Assembly (NCBI GenBank): GCA_022827725.1
Contig: JAJEIJ010000005.1
Coordinates: 462 to 64,461 of the forward strand
Reading direction: 5' to 3'
Length of the DNA: 64,000 bases
From: Acidimicrobiia bacterium
Lineage (GTDB): Bacteria; Actinomycetota; Acidimicrobiia; Acidimicrobiales; Bin134
Each line of letters opens with the position of its first letter. The first letter of the stretch is position 1. Below the pieces are notes generated by a model, which did not search any database, was not told the DNA's origin, and worked only from the letters and a program-made list of their open reading frames with translations. Below, in pieces: positions 10,438 to 19,740 of this stretch. A program made the position numbers and the translations under genes.

Positions 10438-11897
10438 CCTCGGTGACGCTCATACAGCTGCCGGCCGCGGTGCAGACGGGAGACGGCCCAGACCTGATCG
10501 GAACGGCCGAAGAGCAGATCCGTGCTGCTGCCGAATCCGACCTGATCATCCTCCCGGAAGTGTGGTATCCCGGCTACTTCTCGTTCGACGGTTATTCCAC
10601 TGCATCGGACATGACCCCGAAGCTGCTCGAGCGGCTCGCCGGACTCGCTGCCGAGACCGGGAGTTGCCTGCACGCCGGGTCACTCATCGAAGCAGACGGC
10701 GACCGTCTCTACAACACTTCGGTCCTGTTCGGCCCCGACGGTGGCGAGCTGGGTCGATACCGCAAGATTCACCTGTTCGGCTACGGCAGCAAAGAACAGG
10801 AATACCTCACCGCGGGAACCGACGTGGTTGTATCCGAAACGCCGTTGGGCCGTCTCGGCCTCGCCGTGTGCTATGACTTGCGGTTCCCCGAGCTGTTTCG
10901 TCGCATGACCGAGATGGGCGCTGTCGGCTTCTTGGTTGCGTCGGCGTGGCCGCACCCAAGGGTGGAGGCCTGGTCAACGCTGCTGCGGGCGCGAGCCATT
11001 GAGAACCAGGCGTTCGTCGTCGCCTGCAACGGCGTTGGGCAGACCGGATACCAGACGGCACTGTGCGGCCGTTCCGCGGTGATTGACCCGTGGGGCACCA
11101 CCCTCACATCCCTCGGCGACGACCCTGGCACCGCTACCGCCCAAATCGACCTGCAAGGGCCCGCCGACGCCCGGGATCGGTTCCCGGCTCTCGCCGACCG
11201 CCGCCTGCTGGGCGAGCCCGGTAACGATTTGGTGTTCCGCACTGACGATGGCACCCCGCTCCGGTTCTCCGCCAAGCGGCTGATCCTCGCCGGCTACACC
11301 GCCAGAGACACCGCCTCGGTGGATGCGTACATCGCGAAGTTGGAAGTGGAGGGCATCGCGCCGCCCGACGAGGTGCCCTCGTACTTCGTTCTCGGAGCCG
11401 ACCGGCTCACCACCGATACCGAAATCGAGGTGGCAACGGCTTCATCGTGCGGCGAGGTCGAATACGCCCTTCTGGTCGCCGATAGCGAGGTGTGGGTCGC
11501 GGCGGCGTCAGACCACACCGACCGGGCCCTCGAAACCGTGGACATGGCCGCCTCCAAGCAGAGCTGCGCCAAGGTGCTCTCCGCTGACGTGTGGCGGCTA
11601 AGCGACCTTGAGGATCACTGGGACGATCTCATGTTCAGAGCGTGGACCCCGGTCGGTTCGCAGAACACCTATCAGGCCGGCCCGGTCGCCGCCCTCAAAC
11701 CTCCGTCGGAGCTGCTGCGCCTAGTTGAGGATCGGTTCGGCGGACCGATGGATGGCACGGTGATCCTGTCCGGCACCATCCCTGCGAGAGGCGAGTTCGA
11801 GTTCCACCCCTCTTTCACCGCGCAGCTGCGCGACCCGGTCACCGCCCGCTCCCTGACCGCCTCGTATTCCGTAATCAACGTCTTGGAGGACAATTGA
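10434..11897 (+). CDS. Carbon-nitrogen hydrolase (nitrilase superfamily) fused to a DUF2848-like domain
   Basis: N-terminal LPE...YRKIHLF...VCYDLRFPE (E-K-C triad). C-terminal LILAGYTARD...GIAPP...GEVE...SDHTDR...SKQSCAK. Confidence 0.8.
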   Translation: MTSVTLIQLPAAVQTGDGPDLIGTAEEQIRAAAESDLIILPEVWYPGYFSFDGYSTASDMTPKLLERLAGLAAETGSCLHAGSLIEADGDRLYNTSVLFGPDGGELGRYRKIHLFGYGSKEQEYLTAGTDVVVSETPLGRLGLAVCYDLRFPELFRRMTEMGAVGFLVASAWPHPRVEAWSTLLRARAIENQAFVVACNGVGQTGYQTALCGRSAVIDPWGTTLTSLGDDPGTATAQIDLQGPADARDRFPALADRRLLGEPGNDLVFRTDDGTPLRFSAKRLILAGYTARDTASVDAYIAKLEVEGIAPPDEVPSYFVLGADRLTTDTEIEVATASSCGEVEYALLVADSEVWVAAASDHTDRALETVDMAASKQSCAKVLSADVWRLSDLEDHWDDLMFRAWTPVGSQNTYQAGPVAALKPPSELLRLVEDRFGGPMDGTVILSGTIPARGEFEFHPSFTAQLRDPVTARSLTASYSVINVLEDN

Positions 11898-11898
11898 C

Positions 11899-12240
11899 AT
11901 GGGAAAGCAAGAATTTGAGTTCTTCGACCCCGACCTGATCCCCTGGGAACCCGAAGCCGGTATCGAAGGGCTCTACAGCAAAACCCTCTCGAGGGACCCG
12001 GACAGTGGGTCGTACACCAGGCTCTTGAAGTTCCTGCCCGGCACGGACACGTCGGCGGCCGGGGTGCAGCGCCACGACTTCTGGGAAGAGCTCTGGTTGG
12101 TTGAGGGTGCCATTCACGACCTGACGCTGGCCCAGACGTTCACCGCCGGAATGTACGCCTGCCGCCCGCCCGGCATGGCGCACGGACCGTGGGTCAGCCC
12201 CGGTGGGGCCATCACGTTCGAAGTCCGCAACTACGACTAG
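11899..12240 (+). CDS. Cupin-domain protein (ChrR-like)
   Basis: HDFWEE...YACRPPGMAHGPW cupin motifs. Confidence 0.8.
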   Translation: MGKQEFEFFDPDLIPWEPEAGIEGLYSKTLSRDPDSGSYTRLLKFLPGTDTSAAGVQRHDFWEELWLVEGAIHDLTLAQTFTAGMYACRPPGMAHGPWVSPGGAITFEVRNYD

Positions 12241-12259
12241 TGCGAGACAGGTAGAGGCG

Positions 12260-13120
12260 ATGCTGTTCCTGCAATACCTGACCGCCGGGGTCGTGACCGG
12301 ATGTTTCCTCATCCTGGCCACGATCGGGTTCTCGCTGACCCGGCAGGTCGAGGGGTTCTTGAACATCGCCCACGCCGAACTGCTCGGTATCGGAGCATTC
12401 GCCACTTGGTGGCTCAACGCATCGCAGGGATGGCACATCCTCATCGCTGGCCCCGCAGCTGTCGTGTTCACCGCCCTCGTCGGGCTGGGGATTGCCCGCA
12501 CGATCTACGACCCGATCCGCTCCCGCGGCCCCGCAGTGCTGCTGATCACCTCCACTGGCGTCGCGTTCGTCATCGGTGGTGTCATCGACGCGCTGGTCGG
12601 CACCGGCATCCGAACCCTCGACATCGGCCTCGCCACCAGCTACAAGCCGTTCGGCATCCGCATCACCGACTACCAGATCATCGTCGTCGCCCTCGCTGCG
12701 GCCGTGTCGGTGTCCTTGGCCCTGTTCCTCAACCGCACCCGCGTAGGCCTCGCGATCCGAGCCAGAGCCGTCAACCCCGAACTGGCCGCCTCCCGAGGGG
12801 TGGATGTGGCCACCACCTCCAGGGTCACCTGGCTGCTGTCGTCGGGCCTGGCCGGACTCGCTGGCGTGATGCTCGCGGTGATCGCCACCCTCACCACCGA
12901 CCTGCCGTTCGCCCAGATTCTCCAGATCCTCGCCGTTGCCATCCTCGCCGGCCTCGGATCGCTGTACACCGTCATCGCTTCAGGCCTGATCATCGGCATC
13001 GCCATGGACGTGTCCGTCTACTGGATCCCCGCCGGGTACCGGCCCTTGGTCGCGTTCTCGATCGTGATCATCGTGCTGCTGTTCCGCTCCGAGGGGCTCG
13101 CAGGCAGGAGAGCGGCATGA
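12260..13120 (+). CDS. Branched-chain amino acid-type ABC permease (LivH-like)
   Basis: GFLNIAHAE, hydrophobic helices, GLAIRA...G. Confidence 0.88.
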   Translation: MLFLQYLTAGVVTGCFLILATIGFSLTRQVEGFLNIAHAELLGIGAFATWWLNASQGWHILIAGPAAVVFTALVGLGIARTIYDPIRSRGPAVLLITSTGVAFVIGGVIDALVGTGIRTLDIGLATSYKPFGIRITDYQIIVVALAAAVSVSLALFLNRTRVGLAIRARAVNPELAASRGVDVATTSRVTWLLSSGLAGLAGVMLAVIATLTTDLPFAQILQILAVAILAGLGSLYTVIASGLIIGIAMDVSVYWIPAGYRPLVAFSIVIIVLLFRSEGLAGRRAA

Positions 13121-14046
13121 ACTGGCCGCAACTGCTCATCACCGTCGCGACGATCGGGTCGATCTTCGGCGTCGTCACCCTGGCACTCAACCTCCAATAC
13201 GCCCGAGGGGGGATGATCAACTTCGGGATCGTCGCGTACTTCGCGGTTGGCGCATACACCTACGCCATCATCACTCAGCCGCCCCCCAAAGGGCTCGACC
13301 AGTACGCGTTCGGCCTCGACTGGCCATGGTGGGCCGGGTTCCTACTGGCCGGTGTCGCCGCCCTTGGGTTTGCCGCGTTAACCGGCTGGCCGACGCTGCG
13401 GCTCAGAGGGGAGTACCTCGCGCTCACCACCTTCGCATTTGCCGAGGTGTTCCACTCATTCCTGCTGAACGAGCGGCGTATTGGCAACGGCACCGTCGGC
13501 CTGTCCAATGTGCATCGGCCGTTCGGCGACTGGGGGCCGATCGAGGAGAAGTACGTGTTCGCTGGCGCCGCTGCCCTCCTGTTGATCGTAACCCTCGCAG
13601 CGTTCCGACAGCTGCTCGCCTCTCCCTACGGGCGGGCCCTCGACGCCATCCGCGACGACGAGGTCGCCGCCCAGTCGTCCGGCAAGCCCTCAGCAGACAT
13701 GCGCCGCCAGGTGTTCTTGATCTCGGCGGTTCCCGTCGGACTCGCCGGCGCCGTGTACGCAATGTTCACCACCCTCGCGCAGCCGTCGCTGTTCACCGCC
13801 GAAGTCACCTTCATCGTGTGGATCGCGCTAGTGCTTGGCGGGGAGAGATCGGTGTACGGAGCCATGCTCGGCGCGTTCGGCCTGGTGTTCTTCGAAGAAG
13901 TGGTGCGCGCCTTGCCGTTCGAGACGGTCCGCTCCGCGCAGATCGCAGCATCTGTCGAGCACATCATCACCGGCGTGCTGTTCATTGCAGTGCTCCGCTA
14001 CCAGCCGTTCGACCGTATCCAGCGGAAAGTCAGGGCGAGTACATGA
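13117..14046 (+). CDS. Branched-chain amino acid-type ABC permease (LivM-like)
   Basis: LNLQY..GGMINFG, LRLRGEYLALTT, SPYGRALDAIRDDE. ATGA overlap with the upstream gene. Confidence 0.88.
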   Translation: MNWPQLLITVATIGSIFGVVTLALNLQYARGGMINFGIVAYFAVGAYTYAIITQPPPKGLDQYAFGLDWPWWAGFLLAGVAALGFAALTGWPTLRLRGEYLALTTFAFAEVFHSFLLNERRIGNGTVGLSNVHRPFGDWGPIEEKYVFAGAAALLLIVTLAAFRQLLASPYGRALDAIRDDEVAAQSSGKPSADMRRQVFLISAVPVGLAGAVYAMFTTLAQPSLFTAEVTFIVWIALVLGGERSVYGAMLGAFGLVFFEEVVRALPFETVRSAQIAASVEHIITGVLFIAVLRYQPFDRIQRKVRAST

Positions 14047-14849
14047 CCGGCCGCGACCACACCCGCGTCCCGACACAGCTGGGGCCGCTGCTGGAGGTGA
14101 ATGGCGTATCAAAGCGGTTCGCCGGTATCCAGGCGCTCGGCGGCGACGACGGGCTCAGCTTCCAGATCGACCGAGGCTCGTTCGTCGGCCTCATCGGACC
14201 CAACGGGGCCGGCAAGTCGACTCTCTTCAACCTGCTTACAGGGGTGCTGCCCGCCGACGCCGGCACGATCGTGTTCGAGGGGAACGACATCACCGCCGAC
14301 AGCTCCCATCAGAGGGCCGAGCACGGCATCGGCCGCACATTCCAGACACCCCGCACGTTCGAATCGCTGACGGTGCTCGACAACGTAGTCGTAGGCGCGA
14401 CCAGCCCTGGCGAGAGGCTCCGATCGGCGCTCGGCCGCAAATGGCGCCGCCACGAGGCTGGCCTCGTCGAGCAAGCCCGCGACATCCTGGGCCAAGTCGG
14501 GCTGGCCGATCGGGCCTCTGAGCCTGTCGGCGACCTGTCCGGCGGCGAGCTCCGGATGCTCGGAGTAGCCCGTCAGCTGATCCGCCGCCCCACTCTGCTG
14601 CTGCTTGACGAGCCCACCGCCGGCGTACACCCCCTCCTCCAAGACCGGCTTGCTGACCTCCTCACAGGACTCCACCGCCAAGGTATGACCCTGGTTGTCG
14701 TCGAACACAACCTCCACTTCCTGCTGGCCATCGCCGAGCACATCCTCGTTTTGACCCAAGGTCGGCTCCTCGCCGAAGGGCCCCCGTCGTACATCCGCGG
14801 CGATCCGGCCGTCATCTCCGCTTATTTGGGAGAAGACCATGCAGCTTGA
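14043..14849 (+). CDS. ABC ATP-binding protein (LivG-like)
   Basis: GPNGAGKST, LSGGE, LLLDEP, VISAYLG. Confidence 0.9.
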   Translation: MTGRDHTRVPTQLGPLLEVNGVSKRFAGIQALGGDDGLSFQIDRGSFVGLIGPNGAGKSTLFNLLTGVLPADAGTIVFEGNDITADSSHQRAEHGIGRTFQTPRTFESLTVLDNVVVGATSPGERLRSALGRKWRRHEAGLVEQARDILGQVGLADRASEPVGDLSGGELRMLGVARQLIRRPTLLLLDEPTAGVHPLLQDRLADLLTGLHRQGMTLVVVEHNLHFLLAIAEHILVLTQGRLLAEGPPSYIRGDPAVISAYLGEDHAA

Positions 14850-15588
14850 AGCGGCCGGGCTGGTCTCGGGTTACGGCAAAGTCACTGTGCTCCACGGAGT
14901 CGACCTCAAGGTCTCTGCTGGCGAGATCGTCGTCGTGCTGGGCCCGAACGGGGCCGGCAAGACCACCCTCATGAAGACCATCGCCGGACATCTCCCCGCG
15001 ACCGGCGGCTCAGTCACGCTCGACGACGACAACATCGCAGGGCTCGCCCCCCAGCAGATAGCCCGCCGAGGCGTCGGATACGTCCCCCAGGACCACAACG
15101 TGTTCCGCGAGCTCACCGTTCGCGACAACCTGCGGGTCGCATCGTTGGCATTCCCCGGCGCCGCTGCCCGTACCGATGCCGTCTTCGACCGGTTCCCCAT
15201 CCTCGCTGATAGGGCTAACCAGCGGGCCTCCACCCTCTCAGGCGGCGAGCGGCAAACCCTCGCCGTGTCGTGCGCAATGATCGCCGAGCCCAAGGTGCTG
15301 CTGTTAGATGAGCCGACCGCGGGGCTCGCCCCCCTGTTTGTCGCCCACATGGTCGAATGGGTCAGCGAGCTCGCAGCCGCAGGTATGGCCGTCGTCTGGG
15401 TCGTCGAGCAGAGTCCGGAGAAAATCCTCGCCGCGTCTACCAGGGCGTGCCTGCTTGAAGGCGGGAGGAGCACCGCCGAGCTCGACAGCAGAGAACTGCT
15501 CGAACCGGGCCGTCTCCAAGAGCTGCTCCTCGAGGGCCGAGAAGAAGTCGAAAGACCTCCACACAACAACCCGAAAAGAAGCAATTGA
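14839..15588 (+). CDS. ABC ATP-binding protein (LivF-like)
   Basis: GPNGAGKTT, LSGGERQ, LLLDEPTAGLAP. Confidence 0.9.
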   Translation: MQLEAAGLVSGYGKVTVLHGVDLKVSAGEIVVVLGPNGAGKTTLMKTIAGHLPATGGSVTLDDDNIAGLAPQQIARRGVGYVPQDHNVFRELTVRDNLRVASLAFPGAAARTDAVFDRFPILADRANQRASTLSGGERQTLAVSCAMIAEPKVLLLDEPTAGLAPLFVAHMVEWVSELAAAGMAVVWVVEQSPEKILAASTRACLLEGGRSTAELDSRELLEPGRLQELLLEGREEVERPPHNNPKRSN

Positions 15589-15654
15589 CGTCAAGTCAGC
15601 TACCCAGAGAAAGGAAATGACGTGGAGTCAACCCCCACCAAGAGAGGAACCAAA

Positions 15655-17007
15655 ATGAAACGGACAACGCCCAGATGGCTGCGGCTCGTCGCGGCCATGC
15701 TCGCGCTGGCTGTGATCGCAGCGGCGTGCGGCAACGACGACGACGGAGACGGCCCTGCCGCCCCCGCCGACCAAGCCGCGCCCGAAGCGACTGCCGCAGC
15801 CCCCGAAGCGACCGATGGGGCAACGGCCCCCGAGCCGACCGAGGCACCCGATGCGTCTGAAGGCGGGGAACCCGTTGATGAGCCCGGCGAGGTCACCATC
15901 GGCGTGCTTGTGCCCCTCACTGGCGAGCTCGGCGAGTTTGGCAAGATCGTTGCCGACGCCATCGAGTTCGGCGTAGGGGAGATCAACGCGGCCGGCGGCA
16001 CCGTGTGCGGCGATATCCGCACTGTTGTCGCAGACACCGGCGGCGACCCCGAGACCGGCATCAGAGAGGCGACGAACATGATCGAGAGCGAGGGTGCAAT
16101 CGCCATCTTGGGCCCGACGTCGGGGATCATGGTCGCTCTGGTCGACCTGGCCAAGCGGGAGGAAGTGGTCATCATGTCGCCCTACGCGGGGACGATCACC
16201 CTCAACGAGCTCGGCGGCGACTTTGTCTACCGGACTGTGTCGTCCGACCTCGGCGACGGTGCCGCTTCGGGCCTGTGGCTCTCCACCAGGGGCTACGGAT
16301 CGGTCGCGTTCATGGTTCAGAACGAGGAATCCACCATCTCCCCGGCCGAGGTGGCCAGGACCGAGGTGGAGGAAGCCGGGATCGACATCACCGACTTCGT
16401 CGTCTACAACCCAGGCCAGCCGTCCTACCAGGCCGAACTGACCTCGGTGCTCGCTAGCGACCCTGACGCGATCTTCTTGGCCGGCGGCCAGGAATCCGGT
16501 GTCACCCTCATCAAGGAAGCAGTCGCCGGCGGGTTCGACGGGGAGTGGCTGTTCACCGCCGACCTGGCCGTGCCCGAGATCTTTGACGCCGTCGGCGCCG
16601 AACTGATCAACGACAAGGCCTTCGTCGAGTTCGCTGACGCCGATCCGTCCCTGCCCGAGTTCATCTCATTCGAGGAGCGGTATCCCGGCGCAGGCGCGCC
16701 GTTCGCGCCCAACTCATTCGACATGGTCACCTTGGTGGCCCTGTCCCTTGAGGCCAGCGGACAATGCGACGGAGCGGGCATCAACTCGGTCATCCGTGGT
16801 GTGTCCGACGGCGGTAGCCCGGTGTCGACCTTCGCTGAGGGCCGCGACGCCCTAGCCGCCGGAGACGACATCAACTACGAAGGCGCCTCCGGGCCGCTTG
16901 TGTTCGATCCATCCGGAACCGTCTCTGGCGCTTACACCATCCAGCAGGCGCAGAACGGCGAATGGGTCAACGTCGAGTTCTACCCCGCGTCAACGTTCGT
17001 CGAATAG
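15655..17007 (+). CDS. ABC substrate-binding lipoprotein (LivJ/K type)
   Basis: Lipobox IAAAC, A/P/E-rich linker, IGVLVPLTG, INYEGASG. Confidence 0.88.
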   Translation: MKRTTPRWLRLVAAMLALAVIAAACGNDDDGDGPAAPADQAAPEATAAAPEATDGATAPEPTEAPDASEGGEPVDEPGEVTIGVLVPLTGELGEFGKIVADAIEFGVGEINAAGGTVCGDIRTVVADTGGDPETGIREATNMIESEGAIAILGPTSGIMVALVDLAKREEVVIMSPYAGTITLNELGGDFVYRTVSSDLGDGAASGLWLSTRGYGSVAFMVQNEESTISPAEVARTEVEEAGIDITDFVVYNPGQPSYQAELTSVLASDPDAIFLAGGQESGVTLIKEAVAGGFDGEWLFTADLAVPEIFDAVGAELINDKAFVEFADADPSLPEFISFEERYPGAGAPFAPNSFDMVTLVALSLEASGQCDGAGINSVIRGVSDGGSPVSTFAEGRDALAAGDDINYEGASGPLVFDPSGTVSGAYTIQQAQNGEWVNVEFYPASTFVE

Positions 17008-17289
17008 AGGCAACCAGGGTCCCCTCCCTGGGTAGCTGGGCGGGGGCTCGACCGGAAAGCGTGTCAACAGCGCCAAGCGGCGACACGCCAACCGGGCCGA
17101 GTCCCCCGCCCGGCCCCGGGCCACGCAGACCGACATAGCGACCAGACCTCTGGCACGGCCAGCCCGCAAAACCCGAACGCCCACGATACAGACCACCCGC
17201 CGTCCAAGCCGACACCGGCCATCAGGCAGGTTGTGAGCGCCCCTCTGTCGCCCAGCGACAAACAAGGGGCAACAAGGTTGAGTCGCGGG

Positions 17290-18156
17290 CTAGTCGGGGG
17301 GCAGGAAGGTGTCGGTTTCGGCCCAGAGCGCCTCCAAGCGGTCGATGCGTTGCTGGGCATCGTCTCGGGTGATGGCGGCGACTTCGGCGACTATGAGCTC
17401 GGCGACGACGACCGCGGGGACGGAGCTGTCGAATGGGCCGACGGCGGGGACCGACAGCTGGCACAGCACGTCCGCCATGGCGGCCAGTGGGGATAGCGGG
17501 CTGTCGGTGACCGCGGCGATGGGAACGCCGAGATTGGCCAGCGCTCGGGTGGCTGCGACTGAGGAGCGGCGGTAGCGGTAGAAGTCGATGGCGATGCCCA
17601 AGTCGTTCGGCCCGGCACCCGCCAGGCTGCTTGCCGCCGATTGTTCGTCGAGCAGGTGCACCCGAGGGCGGATCATTGACAGGCCGCTGCGCAGCGCGTG
17701 GGCGCCGGCCTGAGAGGTCTCTCCGGACACTATCCACACCGCCTCCGCGGCTGCCGTCCGCTCGGCGATGGCTTTGGTCTCCCCGCGGGCCGCAGACTCG
17801 GTGGCCGACTCGAAGGCGGCGGCAAGCTTGTCCAAGTCGGTCGGCTGTCCGGAAGGGGCCCGGCGGATGCGGTCGCGGGGGCGGGTTAGGGCGTCCTCAA
17901 CCCTCCGGCGGGCCACGTCTTGCAAAGCCGCGTAGCTGTCGAGCCCCAATTTGGTGGCGAAGCGGGCGATTGACGGGCGGCTGGTGCCGATGCGGTCGGC
18001 CAGGTCCGAGACCGTCCCGAAAGCCAGCAGCGTCGGCTCGGCAACCACTTCTTCGGCGATTCGCCGCTCGGTCGGGGTCAGATCCTCGCCAGCCCTGGCG
18101 ACCAGCTCGGCCACCGTCATCGGCGGAGTGGGATCTGCGTCCGCCTCAGATGCCAT
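17290..18156 (-). CDS. MurR/RpiR family transcriptional regulator
   Basis: LTPTERRIAE...TSRPSIARFATKLG HTH and SIS domain (AVTDSPLSPL). Divergent from the aminomutase operon. Confidence 0.88.
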   Translation of the reverse strand: MASEADADPTPPMTVAELVARAGEDLTPTERRIAEEVVAEPTLLAFGTVSDLADRIGTSRPSIARFATKLGLDSYAALQDVARRRVEDALTRPRDRIRRAPSGQPTDLDKLAAAFESATESAARGETKAIAERTAAAEAVWIVSGETSQAGAHALRSGLSMIRPRVHLLDEQSAASSLAGAGPNDLGIAIDFYRYRRSSVAATRALANLGVPIAAVTDSPLSPLAAMADVLCQLSVPAVGPFDSSVPAVVVAELIVAEVAAITRDDAQQRIDRLEALWAETDTFLPPD

Positions 18157-18184
18157 AACTACCCCTTCCCGGCGTGCAATTGAA

Positions 18185-18200
18185 TGTACAATATAGTACA
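18185..18200. promoter_or_regulatory. Putative RpiR operator TGTAC-N6-GTACA
   Basis: TGTACAATATAGTACA inverted repeat in the AT-rich divergent promoter, next to TGGTATAAAT. Confidence 0.55.
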
Positions 18201-18286
18201 ATTATGGTATAAATCTGTTCACTAGCGAACACTAGCTGGTGAGCGGCCCGACAGGGAGACAATCCGAGCGGAGGTCAGAGCACACC

Positions 18287-19726
18287 ATGGCAAAGGCAAA
18301 ATACGAGCCGGCCGAACGGGAGCGGCTGGTTCTCGACACGGTCGAGAACCCCCGATACGACCGCGAGATCCTCAACGGCCTCGACCCGTTCATCAGCGGC
18401 ACCGCCCCTGAGGACATGCGCGGATTCTACAGCTCCTCGGAAATCGAGCGGCTGCTCCATATCAAAGACACCGACCGGGACATCGAATCCCGCATGCCGG
18501 TCAAGATCACCCGCCACTTCTTCGAGATGGCCAAGAACAGCCCCTCCCTCCAGAAGCTCGTCAAGGCGTCGCCCGATGAGACGCTCAACCTGGACGGCGC
18601 GGAGGATCCCGGAAACCAGATGGACTACAGCCCCGTCGAGGGCCTCATCCACAAGTACGAGATGGGCCTCCTATACGTGATCTCGACGTGCTCAGCGCAC
18701 TGCCGGTTCTGCTACAGGGAAGAGCTGATTGCCCGCAAGCCCGTTGAGCGCCACGACGGCACGGTCGAGAAGAAGGGCCTCGCCCAGGTGCTCGAGGTCA
18801 CCGACTACATACGGGCCCACAACGCCGCAGTCGCGGCCAACGGGGGCCGGCACCCCGAGACCGGCCGGGAGAAGCTCCGCGAGATCCTCCTGTCGGGCGG
18901 CGACCCGATGGTTCTGCCCAACAGCAAGCTGGCCGCCTGGTTCACCGCCCTGGCTGAAGCAGGAGTGGAGGCAATCCGGCTCGGCACCAAGGAACTGGCC
19001 TTCTACCCCGACCGGTTCGACAGCGCCTTCTTGGACATGATGGACCACTTCCACGACACCTACCCGGACGTCGGTTTTCGGTTGATGACCCACTTCAACC
19101 ACCCCGACGAGCTTCTGGTCAAAGACCAAGACGGTAACTACATCGAGGACGGCAACGGCTTCCTCGAGTGGAACCCCAGCACCCAGCGGGCCGTGGAAGC
19201 CGTCGTGTCCCGGGGGTGGATCAGCGTGGAGAACCAGTCGCCCATCATCAGAGGCGTCAACAACGACCCCGACGCGCTGCGAATCCTCCAGCGCACCCTG
19301 AAGCGGGTCGGCATCGAGAACCACTACTTCTTCTGCGGGCGCGACATCGTCGCCTACCGAGCGTTCAACGTGCCCATTGAGGACGCCTGGCAGATCCTCA
19401 ACGAATCCCAGAAAGGACTGTCCGGGGTGGAAGCCCACGCCCGCCTGTCGATCACCCACTACAAAGGCAAGACCGAGGTGTCCGCCGTTACCGATGAGCC
19501 CGTCCCGGGTCTTGCGGGAGCTGAGAACGGGGTCGTCGTCTTCAAGATCCTGCGCAGCGCCGCCGAAGCGCCCGACCGGGGGAAGGTGTGCATCGTGGGC
19601 CGCAACCCGAAGGCGCTGTGGTTCGACGACTACGAAGACCGGGTGCTGTTCGACGAGGCTGGCCTCTTCGACTACAACCGCGTTAAGCCGGTCGCTGCCG
19701 ACGAGCTCACCGCTATCCCGGCCTGA
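18287..19726 (+). CDS. KamA-family radical SAM/PLP amino-acid 2,3-aminomutase
   Basis: GLIHKY, CSAHCRFCYR (CxxxCxxC plus carboxylate-binding Arg), LLSGGDPM, IRLGTK, THFNHPDE, NQSPIIRGVN, candidate PLP lysine in YKGKT. Confidence 0.85.
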   Translation: MAKAKYEPAERERLVLDTVENPRYDREILNGLDPFISGTAPEDMRGFYSSSEIERLLHIKDTDRDIESRMPVKITRHFFEMAKNSPSLQKLVKASPDETLNLDGAEDPGNQMDYSPVEGLIHKYEMGLLYVISTCSAHCRFCYREELIARKPVERHDGTVEKKGLAQVLEVTDYIRAHNAAVAANGGRHPETGREKLREILLSGGDPMVLPNSKLAAWFTALAEAGVEAIRLGTKELAFYPDRFDSAFLDMMDHFHDTYPDVGFRLMTHFNHPDELLVKDQDGNYIEDGNGFLEWNPSTQRAVEAVVSRGWISVENQSPIIRGVNNDPDALRILQRTLKRVGIENHYFFCGRDIVAYRAFNVPIEDAWQILNESQKGLSGVEAHARLSITHYKGKTEVSAVTDEPVPGLAGAENGVVVFKILRSAAEAPDRGKVCIVGRNPKALWFDDYEDRVLFDEAGLFDYNRVKPVAADELTAIPA

Positions 19727-19740
19727 GCGAACGGGCCGGC

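Noticed and set aside
18287-19726. EpmB or canonical lysine 2,3-aminomutase
   Set aside because: No efp/epmA, ablB or kamDE neighbours, and the acidic lysine-binding residues appear to be replaced.
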